Below, in pieces: positions 1 through 10,227 of a stretch of 64,000 bases of DNA. The number at the start of each line of letters is the position of its first letter. The first letter of the stretch is position 1. The position numbers and the translations under genes are program-made. Source of the stretch: an uncultured Thermoleophilia bacterium (GTDB lineage Bacteria; Actinomycetota; Thermoleophilia; Solirubrobacterales; 70-9); the NCBI GenBank assembly GCA_963785155.1, contig CAWAUB010000010.1, forward strand, positions 1,829 to 65,828, in the 5' to 3' direction. Below the pieces are notes generated by a model that saw only the letters and a list, made by a program, of their open reading frames with translations, had not been told where the DNA came from and did no database searches.

Positions 1-466
1 CCTCGGCGACGTAGTTCGAGATCGCGATGACCGTGTCCGCGAGCCGGGCGACCAACGAGACGAGCAGGCGCACCGGTCCTCGCGGGGGAAGGCGATCCGG
101 CACGTACCAGACGACCCGACGCCCCAGTCCCAACGCGCCCACCGCGGCGATCATCCCGGGTCGAATGGCGGTTCCGTAGATGATCGTGCGATCCGGGTGC
201 TTCCGGATCAATGCACGCAGGTCGCGCGCGGCCAGGACCCCGCGCACCGCCGAGCGCACCGTCTCGAGTGCTCCGCCACTGTGGCGGAGCACTCGGAACG
301 GCAGCGGCGCCGTTTCGATGCCCTCGGATCGCGCGAGCTCCTCGGTGGGCGATTCCGGCGGGCACACAAGAAGAGCGTCAGGATCGGATCGCAACAGCGG
401 CAGGTGGAGTAGCTCGGCGCCGCTGTACTTGGCCTGGTTCATCACGTAGAGGACGCGGTCGGCCAT
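1..466 (-). CDS. Glycosyltransferase family 1 (GT4-like), N-terminal part; the gene continues past the left window edge
   Basis: My own translation of the minus strand from the ATG at 466 gives MADRVLYVMNQAKYSGAELLHLPLL...RVVWYVPDRLPP...ADTVIAISNYVAE, which looks like a GT-B N-domain. The ATG shares a base with the TGA of the upstream gene (TGATG coupling). It is absent from the ORF track because it runs off the edge. Confidence 0.6.
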   Translation of the reverse strand, partial: MADRVLYVMNQAKYSGAELLHLPLLRSDPDALLVCPPESPTEELARSEGIETAPLPFRVLRHSGGALETVRSAVRGVLAARDLRALIRKHPDRTIIYGTAIRPGMIAAVGALGLGRRVVWYVPDRLPPRGPVRLLVSLVARLADTVIAISNYVAE

Positions 467-2527
467 CACTCAGCCAGTTCCTCCGCTTGACGCTCCTGCC
501 GCCGAAAGTAGATACGCGTGAGATCGCGCTTCGTGAAGACCTGCTGCCCATACAGGAAGAACGGCGAGTAGTACGGCAGCTGAGGGGCGAGCTTCCTGCC
601 TCCGTTGAACGTCCTGGACCGCTGCCCGCCGGTCGCCCTGGTCGGCCTCGATCGGGGCCAGGACGAGCGGCCACTCCCAGTTCTCCGGCTCGCGTTCGAT
701 CGCCGCTTCGATCTCGTCGTGTGCCGCCTCCAGGTCGCCCGCCTCCTGCTCGACGACGGCGAGCTGGGCATGCGGGCTTGCCGCCCAGGACTGGGCGTCG
801 ACCGCCTGCTGCGCCGAGAGCCCGAGCGGCTGTGACGTCGCCTGCCGAAAGCGCCTCCTCGCTCGCGCGCACCCGCTGCGTCGCGACGATCCCCGGGATC
901 AACACGAGCACGACCAGCAGAGCGCCGACGACCACCGCGGCCCGCCCGCCGGGCCTGAGCAGGGCGCCGCGCCGGCTGCTGCGCGCTCGTCTCGTCGAAC
1001 CTGCCGCGGCGGCGACGGCGACGCCGCCGATGCCGAGCACGGCGACCGCGGTCTCCTCCCACATCCAGTCGACGCCGGCGCTCACGCAGAAGACGATGAA
1101 GGCGCTGGTTAGCGCCACGCTCGCGGCGATGTCTCCCGGCCGCTCGAGCTGCCGCGGGCGGTGAGAGCCACGGCCAAGAGGCCGAGGAGCCCTGTGACCA
1201 GGAGGATCGTGCCAGGGAATCCGAGCTCGGCGGCGTGTTCGAGATAGAGGGAATGGGCATCCCGGACGTACTCGGGGTCGTCCGCCTCGCGCAGCCAGAA
1301 GAACTCGAAGGTCCCGGCGCCGACGCCGCGCATCGGCTCCGTCTCGAAGGCGTCGATCGCGGCGTTCCAGATGTCGTTGCGGTTGCCGCCGGCGGTGGTC
1401 AGGCGCTCAGCCGGATCCGAACCGGCGACCGGAGCATCCTCGGAGCGGAACTCGTCCCACCAGTCCGAGATCGGGCCGCGCCCTCCCACCGCGGCGGCGA
1501 GCAGGACGATCACGAGGATCGCCGGAACCGCCCAGCGAGCCTGTGCTCTCGGCAAACGGGCTCGGTCCGCCTTCATCACCGAGGTCATCACGACGGCGCC
1601 GACGCAGATCGCGCCGCCAACCGCGAGCGCGAGCACGACCTCTCCCGCTCCGGAGCCGCCGGTCGCCTCGGCGATCTCCTCGTTGCCGCGAACGGCGAGG
1701 ATCGCCGCCCCGGTCCCCGCCCCAGCGGCGAGAACATGCACGAACGCGGTCCAGCGGTTGCGGCTCAGGACGAGGATCGCGACCAGCGCCGTCGCCGTGC
1801 CGACCACGCCCCCGCGGGAATAGCTGAGGTAGACGGCGAGGCCGGCGATCGGCACGGCCGCAAGGCTGATGGCGCGGGTGAGCGCGAGGCGCGCGTGGGC
1901 GCTCCAAGCCAGGCCGATCGCGCAGCACATCGCGCCCCAGGTGCCAACCGCGTTCCAGTAGTCGAGCGGGAAGTCGAGGCGGTCGGTCCGGAACTGGGTG
2001 GCGACATCGGTCGCGCCCGGGAACGTTCCCGGGGAAAGGCGGCTCGCGACCGCGATCGCCGCGATGCCCAGCGCGGCCACCGAGAGCCCCGCCGCCGCAG
2101 CGCGGAACGTGTCGCGATTCAGCGCGGTCAGCGCGAGGACCGCGATCCCGGCGTAACCGAGAAAGCGGGCGAGCTCCGCCGCCGTGCGCTCGTCGCTCGC
2201 GGTCCAGCCGAAGCTGAGCAGCATCCAGAGCACGAGCCCGGCAGCGGCGATCGCCGGCACGAGCAAGATGCGCCCCGGCGAGCTACGAGGCAGGACGCCG
2301 AGCGCGAAACCGACCGCGATCACTCCCCAGATCACCACCGAAACCGATTGGCGGACGACGATGTCGTAGCCGCCGCCTTCGAGGGCCAGGACGACGACGA
2401 GCGCGAAGGCCGCGGCGAACGCAATCGCGCGCCGAACGAGGAGGCGCGTAGGCGTGTTGCTCCACGGCCACTGGCGCGGAGCCCGGTGAGGACCGCCCTC
2501 ACCCGCGGATTTGAACTGGCGACTCAC
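466..2527 (-). pseudogene. O-antigen ligase/polymerase-like (Wzy_C-type) membrane protein with a TPR-like C-terminal tail; the reading frame is broken about three times (or assembly errors)
   Basis: ORF 1109..2707(-) has a multi-TM body and a ligase-like loop (DIWNAAIDAFETEPMRGVGAGTFEFFW...DAHSLYLEHAAELG). The likely start is the GTG at 2527. The protein continues in other frames: first ALTSAFIVFCVSAGVDWMWEE, then AQQAVDAQSWAASPHAQLAVVEQEAGDLEAAHDEIEAAIEREPENWEW (own translation), then LAPQLPYYSPFFLYGQQVF...AEELAE with a stop at 466-468. The frame changes lie near 1143, 820 and 618. Confidence 0.6.
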
Positions 2528-2574
2528 CGAAGCGGGCTGGGTACTATGACGGCCTCGGTACGTAGGGGTTGCAG

Positions 2575-3056
2575 GTGAAATTCTCGAACATCGTCGCATC
2601 GATTGCCGTGTTCGCGCTCGCCTCGCTTGCGGGTGGCGGCGTGGCCGCGGCGCAAGCGCCGCCGGCCGCGGTTGACCAGTACAGGCCTGCCCCGCCCGGG
2701 AACCCACCTGAGAACGGTCGGCCGGGGGGCCCGAACGGCTCCGACCCAGCCGGCCCCGGCGCTGCCGTCACGGGAGCCCCAGCCGTCGGCCCGGGCGAGC
2801 CCCCGTCCCGATCGACGAGAGCACGGCCGGTGATGGCAAGGCCGACCGCGGTGGCGGCGGAGGGAGCAAGGACACCCAGGCGCGGAGCAGCGATGACGAT
2901 TTCCAGGGGGCGGACGGCCCGGGTATCGCCGGCTACCCGCTCACCTCGTCGTTGCTGGTCCTGATCATCGCGATCGTGATCGGCCTCTGCGCCGCGCTCG
3001 GCGTTGCGGCATGGCGCCGGTACCGCGGCGGCGCCGCGCTTGCCGGGTCGAGCTAG
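2575..3056 (+). CDS. Small secreted, C-terminally membrane-anchored Pro/Gly-rich protein of unknown function; one apparent frameshift
   Basis: There is an N-terminal signal peptide, VKFSNIVASIAVFALASLAGGGVAAAQA (ORF 2569..2964). After a C5 run at 2800-2804 the sensible frame switches (own translation): PIDESTAGDGKADRGGGGGSKDTQ...GYPLTSSLLVLIIAIVIGLCAALGVAAWRRYRGG, with a stop at 3054-3056. Confidence 0.45.
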
Positions 3057-3063
3057 TGGCCTG

Positions 3064-4487
3064 ATGCGCCGGCCGCACGTTCGAGCTCCGCTCGGGCTGG
3101 TCGCGGCGCTCGCCGCGCTCGTGCTCGGCGCCTGGCCGCAGCCCGCCTGGAGCCGTGGGATCACGCTCGGCTTCGGCGATCCGGCCTTCAACGAATCGGC
3201 GCGCGACACGGCGCTCGACCAGAGCGTGGCCGCCGGGGCCCAGATGGTCCGGCTCGGCGTCAATCTGGGCCGCGGTCGCGCCGCAGCGGCCTGCCAATCC
3301 CTCGAACCCTGCCGACCCCGCCTACCGGTTCGCGAACGTCGATGCCGCCGTGCGGTCCGCGAGCGCGCGCGGGCTCGCAGGTGCTGCTCGAGCTGGGGCG
3401 GGCACCCGGCTGGGCCGAAGGCCCGAATCGGCCCGGCCGATGCGCCGCCCGGCGAACATGGCGCCCGGACGCCGGCGCCTACGGGCAGTTCGCCCGTGCG
3501 GTGGCGGTGCGATACAGCGGCGGGTTCTCAGCCGGGATCGGTCAGCCGGCCCTGCCGCAGGTGAGCCGCTACCAGGCATGGAACGAGCCGAACCTGACCA
3601 CCTACCTGACCCCGCAGGGAAGCGACGGGGATCCCGAGTCGGCGCGCACCTACCGGGGTCTCCTCAGCGCCTTCTACGCCGGGGTGAAGAGCGTCGATCC
3701 GGGCAACCTCGTCGTGAGCGCCGGCACCGCCCCATACGGCGGCGCGACCCAGTCCGGCAGCCCGCGGACGCACCCGGTCTCGTTCCTGCGCGAGCTCCTC
3801 TGCCTCAACGGCGGAAGCCTCGCGGCCGCGGGTTGCGACGAGCCGGTGCCGCTCGACGTCCTCGCCCACCACCCGATCAACGCCGGGAGCCCGTTCGAGC
3901 GCGCGGAGCATCCGGCGGATGCGACCACGCCGGACATCGGCCGCATCCGGAACGTGCTGCGGGAGGCGGAACGAAAGCGCCTGGTCGTGCCGAGCGGATC
4001 GCACCCGATCTGGGTAACCGAGTTCTGGTGGGAAACCGATCCCCCCGACCGCACCTACGGGATTCCCGAGCGGACCCAGGCCCGCTATACGGCGGAGGCG
4101 CTGTACCTCTTCTGGAAGCAGCGCGTTCCGCTCGTGCTCGGACTGCAGCTCGCCGACTCGCCGATCGACCCCGCCGCGCCCGGCGACAGCTTTCAGACAG
4201 GTGTGTTCTTCAGCGACGGCACGGCGAAGGACTCGCTGAGCGCTTTCCGCTTCCCGCTCGTCGGGGTGCTCGGGCGCCGGGCGACCCAGGTCTGGGGGCG
4301 AGCGCCAGCGGACGGGCGCCTGCGGATCCAGCAGCGCCTGCGGGGCCGCTGGCGGACGGCCGATCGCGTCACCGTCGATGCGGGTTCGGTCTTCAAAAGC
4401 CGGCTGCGCGGCCACAGGAAGGCGAAGCTGCGTGCCCGGGTCGGCGGCGAGACCAGCCACGCCTATCGGCCGCGGCCGAAGAACTGA
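3064..4487 (+). pseudogene. Secreted glycoside hydrolase, clan GH-A fold (family not assignable by eye); two N-terminal frame changes
   Basis: The signal peptide is MRRPHVRAPLGLVAALAALVLGAWPQPAWS (frame of 3004..3564). The sequence continues as WAAVAPQRPANPSNPADPAYRFANVDAAV (frame of 3155..). The main body lies in 3342..4487 and carries the acid/base motif YQAWNEPN and the nucleophile motif IWVTEFWWE. Frame changes lie near 3265 and 3378. Confidence 0.6.
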
Positions 4488-4694
4488 CGCATTCGTGCAT
4501 TCGTCTCCGCTTGCAATTCGCTAACAGGTTCGTTACCCTTCGGCGGCGCCGAGGGGGTGCACCGCCTGGGGAGGCGGAGAAATAAGCGGCCGGGGTGGCC
4601 GCGACGACGTTGCCGTGGGGGTAGAGACATCACTTTTCATCGAATTTCCGACGAGCGCGTGACGTTCGCCGCCCGTTTCCGTTCGTAGTGTCGA

Positions 4695-6221
4695 ATGGGT
4701 AACGGGGAACTGACAATGAGCTCGTCGATGGCGACCCCTGGGGGCGGCCTCGACATCCTGGATGCGCTCGACGGCCCGCAGTCCGAGGTCGACGACAGCC
4801 AGCTCACCTCAGACGTCGCCGAGGCCCGCCCGTGGGAGTTCACGGTCCGATCCCCCGCCCGCAACGCGACTCGCCGGCGTGACGCGATCTACAAGCGCCT
4901 GCTCGCCGTTGCCGACGTCCTCGGGCTAGGAGCTGCGATCGCGATCGCGATGGTCCTGGTCGACGGCGTCGCGCTCAGCCCCTACGTTCTGCTCGCCGCG
5001 CCCGCGATCATCGTTTCCGCGAAGGTCCTCGGCCTCTACGACCGCGACCAGCACATCGTCCACAAGACCACGCTGGACGAGCTACCAAAGCTGTTCCAGT
5101 TGACGATCCTGATCGCATTCTGCGCCTCCCTTCTCCAGGGGCCGCTCGTCGACGGAATGCTCAGCGCCGCCGGCCTCCTGGCCTTCGCCGCAACGTTCTT
5201 CATCGGTGTCGCTACCGTCCGCGCCGGCGCGCGCCAGGTCGCCAAGCAGCTCGCGCCCCCCGAACGCTGCGTCGTCATCGGCGATCAGGACCATGCGGAC
5301 GAGCTCGCCACGAAGGTCGAGGCGAGCGGCGGCACCACGGTCGAATTCGTCGGTCGTTTCGATGCGGCGAATGGCGAAGCCGGCTCTCCCGAGCGCCTCG
5401 ACGGAATCGCCGATTTCCTCGTCGACAACGACATCCACCGCGTCGTCCTCGCTCCCGGAATGGAGCACCGCGGCGACATGCTTGCGCTCGTCGGGGAGAT
5501 CAAGAGCCTCGGCGTGAAGATCAGCCTCCTGCCCTCCGTCTCACAGGCGGGCGGCACGTCCTTCGAGCTCGACCGGATCAACGGGATCACCCTCCTGGGG
5601 ATGCGCGGCTTCGAGTTCAGCCGGTCCTCGCTGATCCTCAAGCGCGCGATGGACGTCGCGATCTCCGGCGCAGCACTCCTCTTCCTCAGCCCGATGTTCC
5701 TGGCGATCGCCCTCGCGATCAAGCTCAATTCGCGCGGATCGGTCTTCTACCGCCAGACGCGCGTCGGTCGCCATGGGAAGCCGTTCGAGATGCTCAAGTT
5801 CCGGACGATGCACAAGAACGCGCACTCGCTGCGCGCCGAGCTCGACCACCTGAACGAGGCGAGCGGCGGACTCTTCAAGATCGCTGACGACCCGCGCGTG
5901 ACCCGGGTCGGCAAGCCCCTCCGTTCACTCTCACTGGACGAGCTGCCGCAGCTCTGGAACGTGCTCCGAGGCGAGATGAGCCTCGTCGGCCCGCGTCCGC
6001 TGGTCAGGGAAGAGGACCGCCTGATCCAGGGCTGGCATCGTCAGCGGCTCACGCTCACGCCCGGGATGACCGGTCACTGGCAGGTCATGGGCTCCGCCCG
6101 CCTGCCGCTCGACGAGATGGTCAAGCTCGACTACTCCTACGTGCAGAACTGGTCGGCGTGGAGCGACCTTCAGCTCCTGTTGCGGACGATCCCGTTCGTC
6201 GCCGCCCGCCGCGGCCTCTGA
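4695..6221 (+). CDS. Polyprenyl-phosphate glycosylphosphotransferase (WbaP/EpsB-type priming sugar transferase)
   Basis: The 508-aa ORF has N-terminal TM helices and a central nucleotide-binding-like region. The C-terminal bacterial sugar transferase domain reads LKRAMDVAISGAALLFLSPMFLAIALAIKLNSRGSVFYRQTRVGRHGKPFEMLKFRTM...DELPQLWNVLRGEMSLVGPRP. Confidence 0.9.
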   Translation: MGNGELTMSSSMATPGGGLDILDALDGPQSEVDDSQLTSDVAEARPWEFTVRSPARNATRRRDAIYKRLLAVADVLGLGAAIAIAMVLVDGVALSPYVLLAAPAIIVSAKVLGLYDRDQHIVHKTTLDELPKLFQLTILIAFCASLLQGPLVDGMLSAAGLLAFAATFFIGVATVRAGARQVAKQLAPPERCVVIGDQDHADELATKVEASGGTTVEFVGRFDAANGEAGSPERLDGIADFLVDNDIHRVVLAPGMEHRGDMLALVGEIKSLGVKISLLPSVSQAGGTSFELDRINGITLLGMRGFEFSRSSLILKRAMDVAISGAALLFLSPMFLAIALAIKLNSRGSVFYRQTRVGRHGKPFEMLKFRTMHKNAHSLRAELDHLNEASGGLFKIADDPRVTRVGKPLRSLSLDELPQLWNVLRGEMSLVGPRPLVREEDRLIQGWHRQRLTLTPGMTGHWQVMGSARLPLDEMVKLDYSYVQNWSAWSDLQLLLRTIPFVAARRGL

Positions 6222-6240
6222 TTCCGGCGACACACTTGGC

Positions 6241-6861
6241 ATGAACGCGACGACGTTGACAGCACCGACCAAGAGCCTCAGCGGCGAGAAGGCGCGCCGG
6301 ATCGTCGAAGCGATGCGTGAGAGCGTCGCCGAGGTCGGCATCGCCGGCTCGACCTTCGATCGTGTCTCGCGCAAGGCCGAGGTGAGCCGCGGGCTGCTCC
6401 ACTACTACTTCGGGACGAAGGAGCGGCTGCTGGTCGACGTGATCCGCCGCGACACCGAGATCCGGGTCGCGACGCTCGGCGCGGCGCTGCGCGAGGCAGA
6501 AACCGTCGACGAGGTGATCTTCGCCTTCTTCCGCGCCTTCGAGCGGACCATGCAGACCGAGACCGGCTACGTCTACATGGTCTCCGAGCTCTTCGTCGCC
6601 GGACGCGACAACGAGGAGATCCTGCGCGAGCTCGGCAACCTCTACGGCACCGCCCGCACGGCATTCTCGGAGATCCTCCGCGAGAAGGAAGCTGACGGCG
6701 TTCTCAGGCTTCGCTTCCCAGCAGAGGACGTCCTCACCTACCTGTTCTCGGCGGGCGACGGAGCGGCCGTCCAGCGGCTCTCTCAGCCTGAGATCGACTT
6801 TTCCGGAGCCGACGGGCTCGCCTACGAGACGGCCCGCTTCCTACTTTGGGCGGACAAATGA
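6241..6861 (+). CDS. TetR-family transcriptional regulator
   Basis: The N-terminal HTH reads RIVEAMRESVAEVGIAGSTFDRVSRKAEVSRGLLHYYFGTKERLL. The 206-aa length is typical of TetR regulators. Confidence 0.85.
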   Translation: MNATTLTAPTKSLSGEKARRIVEAMRESVAEVGIAGSTFDRVSRKAEVSRGLLHYYFGTKERLLVDVIRRDTEIRVATLGAALREAETVDEVIFAFFRAFERTMQTETGYVYMVSELFVAGRDNEEILRELGNLYGTARTAFSEILREKEADGVLRLRFPAEDVLTYLFSAGDGAAVQRLSQPEIDFSGADGLAYETARFLLWADK

Positions 6862-6930
6862 CCTGCGCAGGCCGCCCCGACATCCCGTATCTTTTCGTTG
6901 CTGCACCGTCCAACCGAGGGGAAAGGTGTG

Positions 6931-7572
6931 ATGGGGGATAGGACCAAAAGTTCGGGGACGCGCGCGAAAGTGCTCGTTCTGTTCTCGATCTGCGCGCTCG
7001 CAGGCGGTGCGCTCGCAGCCGCACTCACGACCGCGCAGGGACCCGGCGACTACGAGCCGTCGACGGTGACGACGACCGTGACGGCGACGACTTCCACGAC
7101 CACGCTCCCCTCCGGCGAGACCGTCGAGATCGTGATCAAGCTGAACCTGACGGGAACCGCCGGAACTCAGAAGGTCGGCGCGAACATCGTCGTCATCGTC
7201 AAGGCGACCGCCCAGGAGCGACGCCGTCAGGTAACGCAACCGATCCTCGTCTCGGGACACGGGAAGGTCGCGCTCAAGGTGGAGCCAGGTGGGCGAGGCA
7301 AGCGGTGCCTGGGCCGGCCAAAGGGCAAGGAAAAGAAGTGGAAGCTCGGCACCGACTTCAAGACGATCAGCAACGGCGGCAAGACGAAGCTGAAGTTGAA
7401 GGTCCCCAAGAGTGCCCGCAAGACGATGAACAAGCAGATCATCTGCAAGGACTCGAAGGCCAAGGCGAAGGTCCGCATCGACGCAAGCGATGCCTTCGGT
7501 GCGGAGGGCACCAAGGACCGCACGGTGAAGCTCCGCCCGAACGACAAGTCCGCAAGCGCTCCGGCCGGCTAG
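6931..7572 (+). CDS. Secreted Thr-rich/Lys-rich protein of unknown function
   Basis: A Shine-Dalgarno-like GAGGGGAAAGG precedes the GTG/ATG at 6928/6931. The signal peptide is VLVLFSICALAGGALAAALTTAQG. A Thr-rich linker (TVTTTVTATTSTTT) follows, then a very basic C-terminal half (KGKEKKWKLG...KTKLKLKVPKSARK). AAG/GGC codon usage matches the host. No family was recognised. Confidence 0.55.
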   Translation: MGDRTKSSGTRAKVLVLFSICALAGGALAAALTTAQGPGDYEPSTVTTTVTATTSTTTLPSGETVEIVIKLNLTGTAGTQKVGANIVVIVKATAQERRRQVTQPILVSGHGKVALKVEPGGRGKRCLGRPKGKEKKWKLGTDFKTISNGGKTKLKLKVPKSARKTMNKQIICKDSKAKAKVRIDASDAFGAEGTKDRTVKLRPNDKSASAPAG

Positions 7573-8716
7573 CGAGAGCCGGTCGCCGCGAGGCGGAAGG
7601 CGTCGAGCGCCGGCTTCGCCTCCCGGGCGACGGTCACGAGCCCCACGTGGGCGCAGAAGGCGCAGGCGCCGCGCTCCTCGGTGTCCTGCCACGCGAACCA
7701 GGTGACCCCGGCGATGTTCCAGGGACTCCGCTTGCGCTCGAACTTGCGCGTAGGTCTTGCTCAGCAGGTCGGCCTGCACCTCAGGGGTCTTCGAGAGCTG
7801 CGGGTGGGGGCCGCCCGAGGCCCAGCCGATCTCGGTGAGCCAGAGCGGCCGGTCGCCGAAGCCGGCGCGCTTGAAGACCTTGCGCGCGTTACGGACCTGG
7901 GTCAGCGATCGCTTCAGGGTCGGGCCGTAGGGGTGAAGTGCAAGCGAGTCGAAGGAGTCGCTGAGGTCGCGGCTGCGAAACAGGGCGTTCAGGTAGGGCT
8001 TGGCGTCGATTCCCCCGTTCTCCTCGTTCGGCGTGCCGAAGACGCCTGCCAGGATGATCTCGGCCGCGGGATCCACAGCGCGGATGCCCGCGGCGCTCAG
8101 CTCGACGAGGTCGCCGTACTCGGCCGCATCCGGGCGCGGGTGCCAGAAGGTCCCGTCCGAGGGCTCGTTCCAGATCTGCCAGCGCCGGATGGGCAGCGGC
8201 GCGGCGCCCGGATGCTGCGCCGCGTATTCCTCGCTCCAGAAGGTCCCGTTCGGGCCGTAGCGGCCGACGAGCGAGCGGAGCCACGAGGTCCAGGCGGCGC
8301 GGTCGGCGTCGGAGCGGATCGGCGGCGCGTTCTCGTGCTCGGAGACCCAGGAGGGGACATTCAGCAGGTAGGGCAGCACCTCGACGCCGGCAGCCGCGGC
8401 GCCGCCGATGATCCGGTCGTAGTAGCCCCATTCGCATGAGCCGAGCACCGGGGTGTCGGTCGGCAGGGGCAAGGTCGGCTCGCAGTTGCCCTCGTTCGGC
8501 TGCACCCGCATCCAGGAGACCTGGAGCCGCATGATCCCGACGCCGTTCTCGCCCATCCGCGGCGAAATCGTCGTCGGTGAGGCCGGACTGGGAAACGACC
8601 CCGTAGAACTCGGGCGGCGCACCGGCTCCCTGGGCCGCGGCGGGAGCCGCGAGCGCGAGAGAAACGGCGATCAGCGGCCAGACCGGCCGCGGAGCCCCCC
8701 GGCTACCCCTTCGCAT
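7569..8716 (-). pseudogene. Secreted glycoside hydrolase, clan GH-A, paralogue of 3064..4487; two frame changes
   Basis: The signal peptide MRRGSRGAPRPVWPLIAVSLALAAPAAAQG lies in the frame of 7889..8914. The body lies in the frame of 6841..8622 (MGENGVGIMRLQVSWMRVQP...RRWQIWNEPS...RPLWLTEIGWASGG). The C-terminus from my own translation is WNIAGVTWFAWQDTEERGACAFCAHVGLVTVAREAKPALDAFRLAATGSR, with a stop at 7569-7571. Frame changes lie near 8557 and 7720-7750. Confidence 0.6.
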
Positions 8717-10181
8717 ACTCCAGCCGTATCTGCTTGCCCTTGAGCTTCGTCCCGTCGAGCATCTCGAGCGCCTTGTCCGCCTGGTCCGCGTCGAGCTCGA
8801 TGAACGAGAACCGCTCGAGGACACGGATCGGGCCGATCGAATCCTCGGGAACCACCGCGCCCTCGACCAGGGCCCAGCGAATGTCCTCCTCGGAGATGCC
8901 GCTGCGCTCGCCACGGTTCACGAAAACCTTCGCGACCCCGTTCGTTGCGGCCGCCTCCTCCGTCTCCTCCGTCTCGGCCGGTTCGGCCTTCTCCGCCTTC
9001 TTCGCCTTCTCCGCCTTTTCCTTGGTGTGATCCCGGCGCTTCGGATCGGGCGCGTGCTGCAGGCGCTCCTCGGGCGGCTCCCACTCGTCGATCCGCGTCT
9101 TCGCGTGGTTCTCGATCACGCCGATCTCCTCGCGCTGGGCGGGTGTGACGAACGTGATCGCGCGGCCGGTGCGGCCGACGCGGCCGGTGCGGCCGATCCG
9201 GTGCACGTAGATCTCGGGGTTGTTCGGGAGGTCGTAGTTGATGACGTGGGTGACGTGGTCGATGTCGAGGCCGCGGGCCGCGACGTCGGTGGCGACGAGG
9301 AGCGGGATCCGGCGGCCCTTGAAGGCGAGCATGACGCCGTCGCGCTGGCCCTGGCTCAGGTCGCCGTGCAGCGCCTTGACCCGCATGCCGCGGTCGCGCA
9401 GCGTGCGGTCGAGTCGCGCGGTCCCGATCTTCGTGCGACAGAAGATGATCGCCTGCTCGGGCTCCTCGGCCTTCAGCACCTCGGCCAGCTTGTCCGTCTT
9501 CTCCTTGGCGGGAACCTCGATAAAGGCCTGCGCGATCGCGTCGACCGTGAGGGTCTTCGGCGCGATCCGGATCGTGATCGGGTCGTACATGTAGCCCTCG
9601 GCGAGCTTCGTGATCGGCGGCGGCATCGTCGCCGAGAAAAGCGCGGTCTGCCGCCCTGACGGAGCCTGGCGCAGAATCTGCTCGACGTCCTCGATGAAGC
9701 CGAGGTCGAGCATCTCATCGGCCTCGTCGAGGACGATGTAGCGCGCCGAGCTGAGCTGGAGGGCCCCACGGCCCATCAGGTCCATCATCCGGCCGACGGT
9801 GGCGACGACGACCTGAGCGCCGGCGCGCAGCTGCGAGGTCTGGGAGGAGATCGGGGCGCCGCCGAAGACGGCGACGATGTCGACGCCGTCGAGGTGCTCG
9901 GCGTAGGCGCGCAGCGCCTGGGTCACCTGGATGCAGAGCTCGCGGGTCGGGGTCAGGACGATCGCCTGCGTGTCCTTGTCCTCCGGGTCGATGTATTGGA
10001 GGAGCGGCAGGCCGAAGGCGGCGGTCTTGCCCGTACCGGTCTGCGCCTGGCCGATCACGTCGTGGCCGGCGAGCAGCTCGGGGATCGCCTGCTCCTGGAT
10101 CGGAGTCGGATCCTCGTAGCCGAGCTCGTCGAGCGTCTGCTGGATCTCCTGCTTCAGGCCGAGGTCTTTGAAGGCGGGCAT
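8703..10181 (-). CDS. DEAD-box ATP-dependent RNA helicase with a Lys/Glu-rich linker and a DbpA-like C-terminal RNA-binding domain
   Basis: The Q motif and motif I read FKDLGL...PTPIQEQAIP...AQTGTGKTAAFGLP. Also present are DEAD (VLDEADEMLD), SAT and HRIGRTGRVGRTG. The likely start is the internal Met MPAFKDLG at 10181. Confidence 0.9.
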   Translation of the reverse strand: MPAFKDLGLKQEIQQTLDELGYEDPTPIQEQAIPELLAGHDVIGQAQTGTGKTAAFGLPLLQYIDPEDKDTQAIVLTPTRELCIQVTQALRAYAEHLDGVDIVAVFGGAPISSQTSQLRAGAQVVVATVGRMMDLMGRGALQLSSARYIVLDEADEMLDLGFIEDVEQILRQAPSGRQTALFSATMPPPITKLAEGYMYDPITIRIAPKTLTVDAIAQAFIEVPAKEKTDKLAEVLKAEEPEQAIIFCRTKIGTARLDRTLRDRGMRVKALHGDLSQGQRDGVMLAFKGRRIPLLVATDVAARGLDIDHVTHVINYDLPNNPEIYVHRIGRTGRVGRTGRAITFVTPAQREEIGVIENHAKTRIDEWEPPEERLQHAPDPKRRDHTKEKAEKAKKAEKAEPAETEETEEAAATNGVAKVFVNRGERSGISEEDIRWALVEGAVVPEDSIGPIRVLERFSFIELDADQADKALEMLDGTKLKGKQIRLEYAKG

Positions 10182-10227
10182 GCGGCGTCTCAGGGTAGGG
10201 GTACGGCTCGGGGTCCCACGCCGGTGC

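Noticed and set aside
211-2578. Long plus-strand ORFs 211..1164 and 1235..2578 (317 and 447 aa).
   Set aside because: They are extremely Arg/Pro/Ala/Gly-rich and are antisense to the O-antigen-ligase-like gene. These are typical high-GC shadow ORFs with no domain-like sequence.
4487-4695. A possible riboswitch or leader in the 208-nt lower-GC gap upstream of the priming sugar transferase. It contains a TTGCAA-17-TACCCT promoter-like match at 4511-4539 and a GCGGCC/GGCCGC hairpin.
   Set aside because: I recognise no match to any riboswitch consensus. The promoter match is weak and unsupported, so it is left as plain intergenic/5' UTR.
6841-8622. The 593-aa minus-strand ORF treated as one gene.
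   Set aside because: It is chimeric. Only the central part is the GH-A hydrolase. Its 3' 700 nt are antisense to the Lys-rich secreted protein gene and translate to Arg/Leu-rich nonsense. The true hydrolase C-terminus is in another frame and ends at 7569.
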